A stretch of 55,062 bases of DNA from Caldithrix sp. (GTDB lineage: Bacteria > Zhuqueibacterota > Zhuqueibacteria > Oceanimicrobiales > Oceanimicrobiaceae): positions 1 through 55,062 of the forward strand of contig SMXC01000092.1 in NCBI GenBank assembly GCA_004356825.1. The letters run 5' to 3'. The notes beneath the pieces were generated by a model. It was not told the DNA's origin, made no database searches, and was given only the letters and a program-made list of their open reading frames with translations. Shown here in pieces: positions 18,946 through 28,169 of this stretch. Within the stretch, counting starts at the first letter, position 1. The number at the start of each line of letters is the position of its first letter. A program made the position numbers and the translations under genes.

Positions 18946-19734
18946 CTACATTTCCCGGTAAGCTTTTAAAACTTTCTTCACATAATCCTGCGTTTCTTTA
19001 TAAGGCGGAATAGCATTGTATTTTTCAACCGCTGCCGTACCGGCGTTGTAAGCGCTTAATGCCAGCTCCAAACTGCCACCAAAGTGCTCCAACTGCGTTT
19101 TCAAATAATTGACGCCGCCAAAAATATTCTGTTCCGGATTATACCTGTTCTTAACGCCCATTTTTTCTGCTGTACTTTTCATGAGTTGCATCAAGCCAAC
19201 CGCGCCTTTTTTTGATACCGCTTTTGCATTATAATTGGATTCTACTTTTATGATTGCCTCGACCAGTTTTGCATCGACGCCAAATTTATCGGCTGCTTTG
19301 GTAATAATCGAACGGTCCCAATTGCGGTCAATTTTCTGAGTTGAAATTCGTCGGATTGGACGCAGCCAATAGTCAGCAAGTGTTTTTCCCGATGCCGATT
19401 CTTCCTGTGCGCTGTCCTTATACAGGCTTTTGATTATAATATCGGACAAACCGAAGCCATTCTTGCTCGCAATCGCCTCAGCAATGTTTTCATCGAACAT
19501 GCTGTGGTAGATATCGCTCGATATTCCTTTGCCAAACAAACCGGAATTAATGCTGCGTCGCATGTTGCTCAAAATCTGGGTAATGAAAATAGCTTCGAAA
19601 CTCTGGGCTGCTTTTTTGAGTTTTTCGAACTTCGGGTTAATCGCTTTCTTTTGCGCCAGATCGACGTAATCCGACCTAACACTTGCCGGGTTGTTTGAAA
19701 TTGAGTTTGAAAATTCTGTGCTCATGATTTTCAA
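18946..19734 (-). CDS. flgJ: FlgJ-like rod-binding domain fused to SLT lytic transglycosylase
   Basis: LKKAAQSFEAIF..MR, MFDENIA, GFGLSD (rod binding); VESNYN, AVSKKGAVGLMQLM, AYNAG, ETQDYV (SLT). Confidence 0.88.
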   Translation of the reverse strand: MKIMSTEFSNSISNNPASVRSDYVDLAQKKAINPKFEKLKKAAQSFEAIFITQILSNMRRSINSGLFGKGISSDIYHSMFDENIAEAIASKNGFGLSDIIIKSLYKDSAQEESASGKTLADYWLRPIRRISTQKIDRNWDRSIITKAADKFGVDAKLVEAIIKVESNYNAKAVSKKGAVGLMQLMKSTAEKMGVKNRYNPEQNIFGGVNYLKTQLEHFGGSLELALSAYNAGTAAVEKYNAIPPYKETQDYVKKVLKAYREM

Positions 19735-19878
19735 AAAAATTGAAGTGTTCCCGTTTTTTTTGTGTTCAGGTGCTAATATCCTGAATTATCAGTTAGGGAA
19801 AATAAATCCTTAAACACGATAAGACCCGAACTCGCTAACACCCCCCCAGTCCCCCCTCGAGGGGATATTATAGGGCGG

Positions 19879-20997
19879 TTACATCACCACTAATTCTGCT
19901 TGCAATGCCCCGGCCTCTTTTATCGCTTGGAAAATTGCGATAATGTCCCGCGGCTTTACGCCAAGCTGGTTTAAAGCAGAAGCGATGTCGCTGACCGTCA
20001 CGGTGTTCTTAATCACGATTGTATTTGCTTTATCAATTTGCACCGTCGTCGAAGTAATTCCTTCAACCACGGTTCTTCCGCGCCGGGCAAACGGCGACGG
20101 CTGCGAAATTATCGGTGTCCGTCTCGTGTGGATGGTCAGGTTGCCGTGCGAAACCATGATTTCCGAAATCTGCACATTACCGCCGGCAACAATGGTTCCC
20201 GTGCGTTCGTTCATAACAACCTTCGCGACTCGATCCTGCACAACAGTCAAGATTTCGATCTGCGACATAAACTTCACCAGGTCTCCGGAATTTTTCACAC
20301 GTCGCGGCCATTTGACATAAATCGTTGCTGCATTGACCGGGGTTGCAATATTTGATGCAAACCGCGAATTAATAGCTTTGGCAACCCGGGCGGAAGTCGT
20401 AAAGTCCGGGCTTTGCAGCATAATTCCTAAAGGCGTTTCTACATCAAAAATAGATTGCGTGGCCTTTTGCACAATAGCGCCATTGGGAACCCGCCCGACC
20501 AGGGTATAGTTCTGGCGTATCTTCTCTCCGTCGCCGGTTTCGATGTTAAAGCCGCCGATTGAAAGCGGTCCCTGCGCCATGGCGTAAAGCTCTCCAGCTG
20601 TATTCAACAAAGGGGTTGTTAGAAGCACGCCGCCTTCGAGACTTTTGGCGTCGCCTAATGAAGAGACTGTGACATCGAGCTTGGTGCCAATATTTGCAAA
20701 GGCGGTCAGGTTGGCGGTCACTATGACTGCGGCCACGTTGCGAACCCGGAGTCTATCTGCCGATACGGTAATGCCGAATTTCTCCAGCATATTGGCCACC
20801 GACTGCACGGTAAAAATCGCGCCGCTGGAACCACTGCTGCGGTCGCCTGAACCGTCAAGTCCGATTACCAGGCCGTACCCGATTAAATGCTGGCCGTGCA
20901 TACCTTGAAAAGAGGCAATGTCTTTGATGCGGGCTTGCCCAAAAAGATCAGCAAACTGCAGAGAAAGTATAAGTAAAAATAAATAATTAACTTTCAT
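19879..20997 (-). CDS. flgI: P-ring protein
   Basis: ARIKDI, LIGYGLVIGLDGSGD, GDAKSLEGG, AGALQAEL. Confidence 0.98.
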   Translation of the reverse strand: MKVNYLFLLILSLQFADLFGQARIKDIASFQGMHGQHLIGYGLVIGLDGSGDRSSGSSGAIFTVQSVANMLEKFGITVSADRLRVRNVAAVIVTANLTAFANIGTKLDVTVSSLGDAKSLEGGVLLTTPLLNTAGELYAMAQGPLSIGGFNIETGDGEKIRQNYTLVGRVPNGAIVQKATQSIFDVETPLGIMLQSPDFTTSARVAKAINSRFASNIATPVNAATIYVKWPRRVKNSGDLVKFMSQIEILTVVQDRVAKVVMNERTGTIVAGGNVQISEIMVSHGNLTIHTRRTPIISQPSPFARRGRTVVEGITSTTVQIDKANTIVIKNTVTVSDIASALNQLGVKPRDIIAIFQAIKEAGALQAELVVM

Positions 20998-21060
20998 TAC
21001 TTAAGCCTTTTGTTTGAGGCAAACAATGCAATCGCTTAAAACGATGGCATTGAATAAATT

Positions 21061-21690
21061 TTAATTGGTCGCCGAAATGCCAAAAACCGCAGCCGCACCG
21101 AGTCCCATCACCATGATCCAGGTCGACCAGCGGGCTATCATGCCCGGCCGACTTCTTAGCAAACCATCTTTTTTATAAGCGATTTCTACATTGGCCAGGT
21201 TATAAGAAAAAACTATGTTATTAGAAGCGATATCTTTGGGGCGCACCAGTCCTTTTACATCTAACAAGTAAGACTCGCCGTTTACTTCCAGACGGCGACG
21301 GCCTTGTAATCTTAGATTGCCGTTTGGTAAAATTTCCGTTACGACTGCTGTCAATTTTCCGATGAGTCCGTCTTTTTGAGCTGTGCCAGCTTGATTGCTC
21401 AGGTTGGTCGCGAAGCTGGTAGACGCGCCTATCAAAGGTAAAATACTGGTGAGATTGCCGGTCAAACTACCGTCAGCTTTTAATGAAGATTTGCCTGAAG
21501 TGTTGAGATTCGACTGCTGAGAACCGGTGGTCGATTCAATGATCAGAATAGTCACGATATCACCGATTCCGTGGGCTTTGATATCCGTGTAAAGCGAACT
21601 GTTTTTATATTTATTAAAAGACTGAGTAAATCCATTTTGCGCCAAAAAGCTGAACAAAAAAACAACAATTATTCCCGTAATTCTTTTCAT
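21061..21690 (-). CDS. flgH: L-ring protein
   Basis: SLYTDIKA..GDIVTILI, LPNGNL, GLVRPKDI. Confidence 0.93.
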   Translation of the reverse strand: MKRITGIIVVFLFSFLAQNGFTQSFNKYKNSSLYTDIKAHGIGDIVTILIIESTTGSQQSNLNTSGKSSLKADGSLTGNLTSILPLIGASTSFATNLSNQAGTAQKDGLIGKLTAVVTEILPNGNLRLQGRRRLEVNGESYLLDVKGLVRPKDIASNNIVFSYNLANVEIAYKKDGLLRSRPGMIARWSTWIMVMGLGAAAVFGISATN

Positions 21691-21700
21691 GATAGTCCTT

Positions 21701-22405
21701 TTAAAGATTAACTAAAACCGTTTTTGCATCAATAACTTTTGCCATGTAACTCTTTTTGCTTTCAACACACTTGACCCGGATTTCATCACCAATTCTACCA
21801 TCCTGGCGGGCGATGCCGGGTGTGGTAATTTCAAGCAAGCCCCGTTTAAAATGAATTTCGACTCCACTGCCTCTCGCAATCACCGGCAGTGTTTCGACCA
21901 GATTCTCAGTAATTACATCGCCCGCTTGAATAACCCTCGTGGTTCTCAATCCGCTCAACTCTTTCAATATAGAAAAAGTTTTCTTGGTAAAATTCGTTGT
22001 TTCAAGTCTTGCTAATTTCAGGTCTGCCGGACTTACCACGGCAAATCGCCCTAACCTGTTTTTACTTACTACGACCTTCTCAAAGGTTCTAATTCGAGTG
22101 TTCACGTTTAAAGTTTTGAGGTGCTGCCCGTTTCGAAAAAATCCACACTTGATGAGCTGAAGACCCTTGTGAACCGGTTTGTGCGACGGTAAGACTTTGA
22201 TTTTGTCAAAAACGATTTTTTTGAGACTCTGTTTTTCGAGATTAGGGAACTCTAAAAGCAGTTCGTCTTTGGACAATTGTAATTGGCTCAAGATGTACTT
22301 TTTGATGGTTGCTCTGAGCTGCTCTGTGGTCTGCGTCTGGCTCTGAACTGCATCAAATGGCAGCGCCAACAGTGTTATAATTAAAAGTAGTTTTAGTTGC
22401 TTCAT
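21701..22405 (-). CDS. flgA: P-ring assembly chaperone
   Basis: Signal peptide, SAF-like region, GIARQDGRIGDEIRV. Confidence 0.9.
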   Translation of the reverse strand: MKQLKLLLIITLLALPFDAVQSQTQTTEQLRATIKKYILSQLQLSKDELLLEFPNLEKQSLKKIVFDKIKVLPSHKPVHKGLQLIKCGFFRNGQHLKTLNVNTRIRTFEKVVVSKNRLGRFAVVSPADLKLARLETTNFTKKTFSILKELSGLRTTRVIQAGDVITENLVETLPVIARGSGVEIHFKRGLLEITTPGIARQDGRIGDEIRVKCVESKKSYMAKVIDAKTVLVNL

Positions 22406-22414
22406 AACAAAACT

Positions 22415-23203
22415 TTACCGTTTCAAGTTACTGGCGACTTCCATCATCTGCTCGGCGGTTCGGATGGCCTTGCTGTTGGTCTCGAAAGCGCGCTGAGTGA
22501 CGATCATATCGACCATCTCTTTAACGACGTCCACATTTGATTCTTCCAAATAACCTTGAAGAAGTTGGCCAAATCCTTCTCCGCCCGGGTTTCCTAAGAT
22601 AGGGTCTCCTGAAGCTGCGGTCGCGACAAAAAGATTACCACCGATATTCTTCAGGCCGCCTGCATTTATAAACTTTGCCAGTTCAATTTGTCCAAGTTCC
22701 TCGGGTTCGGTAGCGCCGCTGATGATGGCCGAAACGGTACCATCAATACCAATGTTAATTTGCAGGGCTTCTGGAGGCACTACGATGCCAGGTTCCAGGA
22801 CTAACCCTACCGCATTGACAAGCTGTCCGTCTGAAGACAGTCGAAAGTTGCCGTCCCGGGTGTAAGTTAACGTCCCGTCGGGCTTCTGAATTTGGAAGAA
22901 GCCATCGCCTTCCAAAGCGATATCTAAAGGATTGTCAGTGCGAGCGACATTGCCTTGCATGAAATTCTTTACCGTGCCAATTGGACGGTTACCGTGACCA
23001 ATTTGCAGTTCAGTTGGCAGCTGGGTATTCAATTGGTCGGTTACGCCCGCCGGACGAAGGGTTTGATAAAAGAGATCCTGAAATTCAATGGAGCTTTTTT
23101 TGAAACCCGTGGTGCTGATGTTCGCTAAATTATTAGCGATGTTATCAAGTTTTAAGCTTTGAGCAAACATTCCTAATGAAGCAGTTCTTAAAGCTCTAAT
23201 CAT
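22415..23203 (-). CDS. flgG: Distal rod protein
   Basis: NNLANISTTGFKK, FQDLFYQ, YTRDG, LEESNVDVVKEMV. Confidence 0.97.
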   Translation of the reverse strand: MIRALRTASLGMFAQSLKLDNIANNLANISTTGFKKSSIEFQDLFYQTLRPAGVTDQLNTQLPTELQIGHGNRPIGTVKNFMQGNVARTDNPLDIALEGDGFFQIQKPDGTLTYTRDGNFRLSSDGQLVNAVGLVLEPGIVVPPEALQINIGIDGTVSAIISGATEPEELGQIELAKFINAGGLKNIGGNLFVATAASGDPILGNPGGEGFGQLLQGYLEESNVDVVKEMVDMIVTQRAFETNSKAIRTAEQMMEVASNLKR

Positions 23204-23235
23204 CGGACATTCTCCTGATTTCAGAATTCTAAATT

Positions 23236-23315
23236 CTCATTCCCAAGCTCCTGCTTGGAAAATGTTTATGGATGCTAAGCTCTGTTTCGTATAACATTGC
23301 GCAGCAGAGCTTAGC
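23236..23315. repeat. REP/REPIN-like element, C[AG]TTCCCAAGCTC family
   Basis: ctcattcccaagctcctgcttggaaaatg; gctaagctctg...cagagcttagc. Confidence 0.75.
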
Positions 23316-23337
23316 CTGGTGCGAGGAGCTAAGATGC

Positions 23338-24087
23338 TTAACCCACCCGTCCTATTTCGTTGGCCGCTTTTCCCAAAATGGCGTCCTGCGACTTGATCAT
23401 TTTTTGAGCCATTTCATATTGGTGCATCAAGTCGATCATTGTGACCATTTCGGTAATCGAATCGACATTGGAGCTTTCCAAAAAGCCCTGCTTCACCTCA
23501 ACAGTCTCCAAAGCGGATGCTTCAACGCCTGGCTTTAATTGAAACAAGTTTGAGCCTATTTTGTAAAAATCCGCCGGATTTTCGGTCGATACGGTTTTAA
23601 ATTTATCGATGATGTTGCCATCAAGGAGAATTTCTCCGGATCCGTTTATCACAATATCGGTAGCGAAATTTTCTTGCACATTAATTTCAATCGGGCCTCC
23701 CTCTCCCAAAACCGGATGGCCATCAGAAGTAACCAAAATGCCTTCCTGATTAAGCGTAAAACGACCGTCACGAGTGTAGGCTTCGCCGTCCGGCGTTTCA
23801 ACGGAAAAGAGTCCGCTCCCGGAAATTGCCACATCGAGGGGACGATTGGTACCTTCCAGCGGACCTTGGGAAAAGTCGATTCGAGCCCCGACATACGGGA
23901 CCGAAGTCTCTTCGGAAAAACCCGATCCATCAAGCTCGCTGACCGTTTTCTTCAGCTCTCTGACGAACAGCTCTTCGCGTTTGAATCCCTTGGTACTGAT
24001 ATTTGCCAGGTTATTGGTTATGGTTTCCATTTTTGCCATTTGCATTGTCATGGCATGGCCAGCCATAGCTAATCTGTTTAACATCAA
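23338..24087 (-). CDS. flgF: Proximal rod protein
   Basis: NNLANISTKGFK, DFSQG, YTRDGRF, LESSNV; upstream of flgG. Confidence 0.93.
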   Translation of the reverse strand: MMLNRLAMAGHAMTMQMAKMETITNNLANISTKGFKREELFVRELKKTVSELDGSGFSEETSVPYVGARIDFSQGPLEGTNRPLDVAISGSGLFSVETPDGEAYTRDGRFTLNQEGILVTSDGHPVLGEGGPIEINVQENFATDIVINGSGEILLDGNIIDKFKTVSTENPADFYKIGSNLFQLKPGVEASALETVEVKQGFLESSNVDSITEMVTMIDLMHQYEMAQKMIKSQDAILGKAANEIGRVG

Positions 24088-24127
24088 TTTTCCTTGTGAT
24101 TAAGTGACCCCAAATCTACCTGGCTAA

Positions 24128-24143
24128 AGCAACATGCATGCCA
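24128..24143 (-). promoter_or_regulatory. sigma54 promoter of the flgF operon
   Basis: TGGCATGCATGTTGCT. Confidence 0.85.
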
Positions 24144-24223
24144 TGCTCAAATCATCGATTTCAGTTGTTATTTATTAAGGGATTAAGTGAAAAATACGAA
24201 GCGAGTTGTTCCGCTGGTAACTG

Positions 24224-24254
24224 TTACTTTTTACCAAGTACAAGGAAATATTAC
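24224..24254. promoter_or_regulatory. Paired candidate enhancer boxes for flgF promoter
   Basis: Minus strand GTAATATTTCC and GTAAAAAGTAA, 20 bp apart. Confidence 0.45.
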
Positions 24255-24290
24255 GGGTGACAATAGTCGTTGCGAATCCCGATTTTTTCA

Positions 24291-24389
24291 CCTCGTTCCC
24301 ATGCTCTGAGTGGGAACGTCCGGCCGCAAGCATAGGCGCAGCAGAGTTTCACATTAAATTGCAATTCCCGGGCGGGAGTTTGGGAGAGG
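24291..24389. repeat. REP/REPIN-like element, CGTTCCC family
   Basis: ctcgttcccatgctctgagtgggaacg ... gcagcagagtttc ... ttcccgggcgggagtttgggagagg. Confidence 0.7.
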
Positions 24390-24474
24390 ACAAAAAATTC
24401 CATGAGTCAATTGCTTTCGGGCTATTTACCTATACCCACCGGATTCCACCGCTCCAAGTGATGGAATCGTTTGC

Positions 24475-25773
24475 CTAGTTTAAAGACTGCCTCTGCAAAT
24501 TTTTCAAAAACTCGACACCGTCTCTGCCGATCAACTCTTCTCTGGTCACTTCTTTTGCGACTCGGGAGGATGGCAGAATTGACCCTAAGTCGCGGGCGAC
24601 CTCTGCCAATTCCGGCGGAGAGAGAGACGCCTCCTTTCGAGCATTTATCGGTTCCGAAAAGGATCGAATCCTGGGTTCGAACGCGCGCTGCGTGTTTGCA
24701 AAAAAGTCATTTTTTCGAATGACCTCGGGCTCTATCCTGATTTCTTCAATTTCATTTGATTCTAATGTGGATTTTAAGATTTCGACAAACTCACGGTTTG
24801 TTTGTTTTTCGACAGGCTGTTTTTTGGCCACACTCTCTCTGGTTTGTACAGCGTGTTTGCGTTTTTTGGACCGCCTCACGAAATAAAGAGCCACCCAAAT
24901 CAAATCAATCAGGACAAACGCGGCGACCAGCAAGGAAGCCAATGTGTACTTGCTCATCAGTTGATTCCACTCGGCGTTTCGTTTTTTTGCTATTTTTTGC
25001 AGCTCAGACTTCACTGACTTCAACGAGCTTTGGAGAGGAATGATTGATTCTCTAAGCAACGTTGTTGTGCTGTCATAATTCGCTACGATCTCTCCCGCCA
25101 GTGAATCAATCCTCGCGCTAGAGAGTGTGAGGGAGTCAACTTCAGATGACTCAACCGAGTCGGATGCAACCGAATCGGATGCAACTGATTGCAGAGAATC
25201 GATTTGAGGTGCAGCTGCGATAAGCATTTGCTCATCCGGCTGCGGTTCCGATTGCAAAGTCTTCTCACTTATTTCGGGTTTTTCGCTCAAAATAGAAGAT
25301 GGATAAATGTCCAGTACAATTCGAAACGGCCAGTTTAAGTAATAGTGGTCGACCCGTAGATTAGACATCTTCAAAATCGTCGTGATTGAAAGAAGATTTG
25401 GCGATCGCTTAAAACTTACCTGTTTTAAATAAAGTTCTTTTTGATCCAGGTTAACCTTACCAAAATTTCGAACCGCGTTTACGTTAAGCACATCAATAAT
25501 AATCGAGCCATTTTCAAAGTCTTTTATAACCTGAAATTTCACATCGGAGTCGAATTGAATGACGACCCTGGAGTAGGTTCTGTGAAATCCGGTACGAATG
25601 TCTATCAGGTCTGTGCTTTGAGCGGTCGGCGTAAAAGAGAGCATGCTTACGATCAGCGCTGCCCGGACCGAAACATAGTTTCTAACTAAATTGCGTGCCG
25701 AAGGGCCTGCTTCGGAACGAGGAGATGTCGTATGAGTTTTGGAACGAGATTTTAAATGATTAATAAATGTCAC
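24475..25773 (-). CDS. Membrane protein with N-terminal AMIN-like domain
   Basis: Hydrophobic leader, DIRTGFHRTYSRVVIQFD...PFRIVLDIYP, S/D-rich linker (15-bp tandem repeat ~25152-25186), single TM, basic stop-transfer. Confidence 0.7.
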   Translation of the reverse strand: MTFINHLKSRSKTHTTSPRSEAGPSARNLVRNYVSVRAALIVSMLSFTPTAQSTDLIDIRTGFHRTYSRVVIQFDSDVKFQVIKDFENGSIIIDVLNVNAVRNFGKVNLDQKELYLKQVSFKRSPNLLSITTILKMSNLRVDHYYLNWPFRIVLDIYPSSILSEKPEISEKTLQSEPQPDEQMLIAAAPQIDSLQSVASDSVASDSVESSEVDSLTLSSARIDSLAGEIVANYDSTTTLLRESIIPLQSSLKSVKSELQKIAKKRNAEWNQLMSKYTLASLLVAAFVLIDLIWVALYFVRRSKKRKHAVQTRESVAKKQPVEKQTNREFVEILKSTLESNEIEEIRIEPEVIRKNDFFANTQRAFEPRIRSFSEPINARKEASLSPPELAEVARDLGSILPSSRVAKEVTREELIGRDGVEFLKNLQRQSLN

Positions 25774-25787
25774 TGGATCTATCCTGG

Positions 25788-26027
25788 TTAGACTTGAATG
25801 TCGATAAAATTGCCTTTTCCCAAGGGCTCACGGTCCTTGGCTTCTTTGGTATTTTTGGGTTTTAGAGTCTGTCCTGAAATGATAGCCATGTCGGGCGAAT
25901 CCGCAGAATGCTTCTCATCCGGTTTTTTCTTCTTCTGTTTTTTTTGCTGGTCAGGCAGCTGCCTTTCTCCGGCCGAATTCACATTTGCAGCAGTGGGTAC
26001 CCCTAAAGATACACCGTAGTCATCCAT
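25788..26027 (-). CDS. Small hypothetical protein downstream of fliA
   Basis: AAGG RBS, operonic position, C-terminal KGNFIDIQV. Confidence 0.7.
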   Translation of the reverse strand: MDDYGVSLGVPTAANVNSAGERQLPDQQKKQKKKKPDEKHSADSPDMAIISGQTLKPKNTKEAKDREPLGKGNFIDIQV

Positions 26028-26042
26028 GACAATTACCTTTCT

Positions 26043-26807
26043 TTAAGTACTTGGTTCGAGGATAGCCAGCCTCCGAAGTTCATTCCGGATAGTAAAAATG
26101 GCCTTTCCTAAAAGACGGCTGATTCTTGACTCGGATAAATTCAGCACTTTGCCAATTTCCAGGAGTGTCATTTCATCGTTGTAATACATGAGAACAATCA
26201 GTCTTTGCCGCTCAGGCAGTTTGCGAATAGCATTTTTTACCGAATCGAGTGTATTTTTTCTGCTCAATTGCTCAAAGGGGCCCACGGCGTGATTGTCGGG
26301 GATTGCTTCACTAAGCCGGACCTCTTCACCATCCACATCATGAGGTTGATCGAGAGAAATGCTGAAATTCATTTGTGCCATCTCCAAGACCCGATGACAC
26401 TCTTTCAGGTCCATGCCGATATCATTGGCAATTTCGATATTGGTCGGTTCCCGGTTCAGCTCAAAGGCCAATCTTGAAATAGAACGCTCAATCTCTTTCA
26501 ATTTCGCACGGTCAGACCGGCTGACAATATCAATTTTTCTGAGATAATCCAGAATGTAACCCCGAACCCGCCAGGTGGCATAGGTTTTAAAACTGGCGTT
26601 TTTGTTAATGTCGAAGTCTTCCAAAGCGCGGATCAAGCCGATGATTCCGGAACTGTGAATGTCTTCCAATTCGGTTTTATTTCGAACAGCGAGATTCATG
26701 CGACCGATTACATATCTCACAATCGGCATGAATCCGACAATCACCTGCTCACGGAGTTTCGGGTTTTTAGATTTTAAATACTCTTTAACTAGATCTTCGT
26801 TATTCAC
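26043..26807 (-). CDS. fliA: FliA/WhiG family sigma factor (sigma28)
   Basis: GIIGLI, FKTYATWRVRGYILDYLRKID, LPERQRL, EIGKVLNLSESRISRL. Confidence 0.95.
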   Translation of the reverse strand: MNNEDLVKEYLKSKNPKLREQVIVGFMPIVRYVIGRMNLAVRNKTELEDIHSSGIIGLIRALEDFDINKNASFKTYATWRVRGYILDYLRKIDIVSRSDRAKLKEIERSISRLAFELNREPTNIEIANDIGMDLKECHRVLEMAQMNFSISLDQPHDVDGEEVRLSEAIPDNHAVGPFEQLSRKNTLDSVKNAIRKLPERQRLIVLMYYNDEMTLLEIGKVLNLSESRISRLLGKAIFTIRNELRRLAILEPST

Positions 26808-27051
26808 CCTCGACTTCCTCTGCTACTTTTTCCGGCTGCTCAACTGCTTTCGCCTTAACCGCTTTCTTCGGGGTTGGAGTCAATATAAATCTCACTCCTA
26901 CAAAAAACACGATTAAGATTAAATAAAAGCCTGCAAATACAAAAAGCCCACGCATCATGCTCTCAGAAAACGAAACGCCTGTGACCAGGCAATAAAGAGT
27001 TCCAATGATGGAGACAAAGAGACTAAATTTTATGACGATTTGGGTTATCAT
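26800..27051 (-). CDS. Two-TM hypothetical protein between flhF and fliA
   Basis: Overlaps both neighbours; two hydrophobic segments plus charged tail. Confidence 0.8.
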   Translation of the reverse strand: MITQIVIKFSLFVSIIGTLYCLVTGVSFSESMMRGLFVFAGFYLILIVFFVGVRFILTPTPKKAVKAKAVEQPEKVAEEVEGE

Positions 27052-28169
27052 TAATTTATAATCATATTAGCAATTTGATTTTTGTCCGCTAAAAATATAT
27101 CGTCAGGAACTCTTTGTCCATTAGTGAAAAATGAAATTGGCAGGTCAATTTTTTTGCCGACATTCAGAATATTACCTAACCGGGTGGTTTCATCGATTTT
27201 GGAAATTATCAACCGGTTGACTGGAAGGGTAGAAAAACATTTCGCCGAATCCACCAGAATATCCGGTCGCATGGAAGCGGACAAAACAAGATGAATTTCA
27301 TCGAATGTTTCAAGGTTCAAAAAGCGTTTTAGGTCCTCAAAATGACCTGAATTTAACGGGCTTCTCCCTGCTGTGTCAACTAGAATGACTTGTTGATTTT
27401 TAAATTTATCAACGGCTTGTTTGAACTCTGCAGGCTCATAAACAATTTCTAGAGGCAGCCTGGCCAATGCTGCGAATGTTTTTAACTGGGCCGCGGCCGC
27501 GACGCGATAGGTGTCGATCGTAATCAGCCCGACTTTCTGCTGGCCGAAGTAATCGGGGTTCGTGGCTAACTTAATAATTGAGGTGGTTTTGCCCACGCCG
27601 GTGGGGCCAACCAGACAGATCAGCTTTGGCTTGTTGGGCGGCAGTACCGTGCTGTCGTGAGTATTGAAATAGGTGCTAATTTCGGCCTGCAATTTCTGCT
27701 TAATTCTCAACTGATCATTTGCCTCTGATTTATCCAGCTTTTGAGATACTTTGTGAACCAATTCCGAAGCCAGATCTTCATCAACGCCCTTTTCTTCAAC
27801 TAAAAAACGCAGCGTGTCCGGCAGGATTAACATCTTTGAATAGCGGATGTAATGCGACATATCTTTGATGGTTTCTTTCAGCTGGTTTAACTCCGCTACC
27901 AGCTCGGTTTCAGACTTAGCCGGGCTGTTTTTTTGCGGCGGTTTCAAATCTGCCGGCGTATAAAATAATTTTGCCGACTTTCGTTCCGCAGGCTTTCCCG
28001 GAACAGAGAGCGAGTTATTTTCTGACATGGCGGTCAATTCAAACATGTCGGGCTCGCCCGATTCCTGTTCTGACTTTTTTGTCTGCAAAATAATTGCGTT
28101 GTTACCAAAATTCTCTTTAGCCAATTGAATGGCTTCTTTAACTGTTGGTGCTGTAAATTTCTTAATCAT
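27051..28169 (-). CDS. flhF: SRP-type GTPase FlhF
   Basis: GPTGVGKTT, DTYRVAA, DTAGRS, SKIDET, TNGQRVPDD. Confidence 0.96.
   Translation of the reverse strand: MIKKFTAPTVKEAIQLAKENFGNNAIILQTKKSEQESGEPDMFELTAMSENNSLSVPGKPAERKSAKLFYTPADLKPPQKNSPAKSETELVAELNQLKETIKDMSHYIRYSKMLILPDTLRFLVEEKGVDEDLASELVHKVSQKLDKSEANDQLRIKQKLQAEISTYFNTHDSTVLPPNKPKLICLVGPTGVGKTTSIIKLATNPDYFGQQKVGLITIDTYRVAAAAQLKTFAALARLPLEIVYEPAEFKQAVDKFKNQQVILVDTAGRSPLNSGHFEDLKRFLNLETFDEIHLVLSASMRPDILVDSAKCFSTLPVNRLIISKIDETTRLGNILNVGKKIDLPISFFTNGQRVPDDIFLADKNQIANMIIN

Noticed and set aside
25788-26027. Calling this gene flgM
   Set aside because: Lacks the conserved C-terminal R-x-x-[KR]V-x-x-[IL]K-x-x-I-x-x-G-x-Y sigma-binding region
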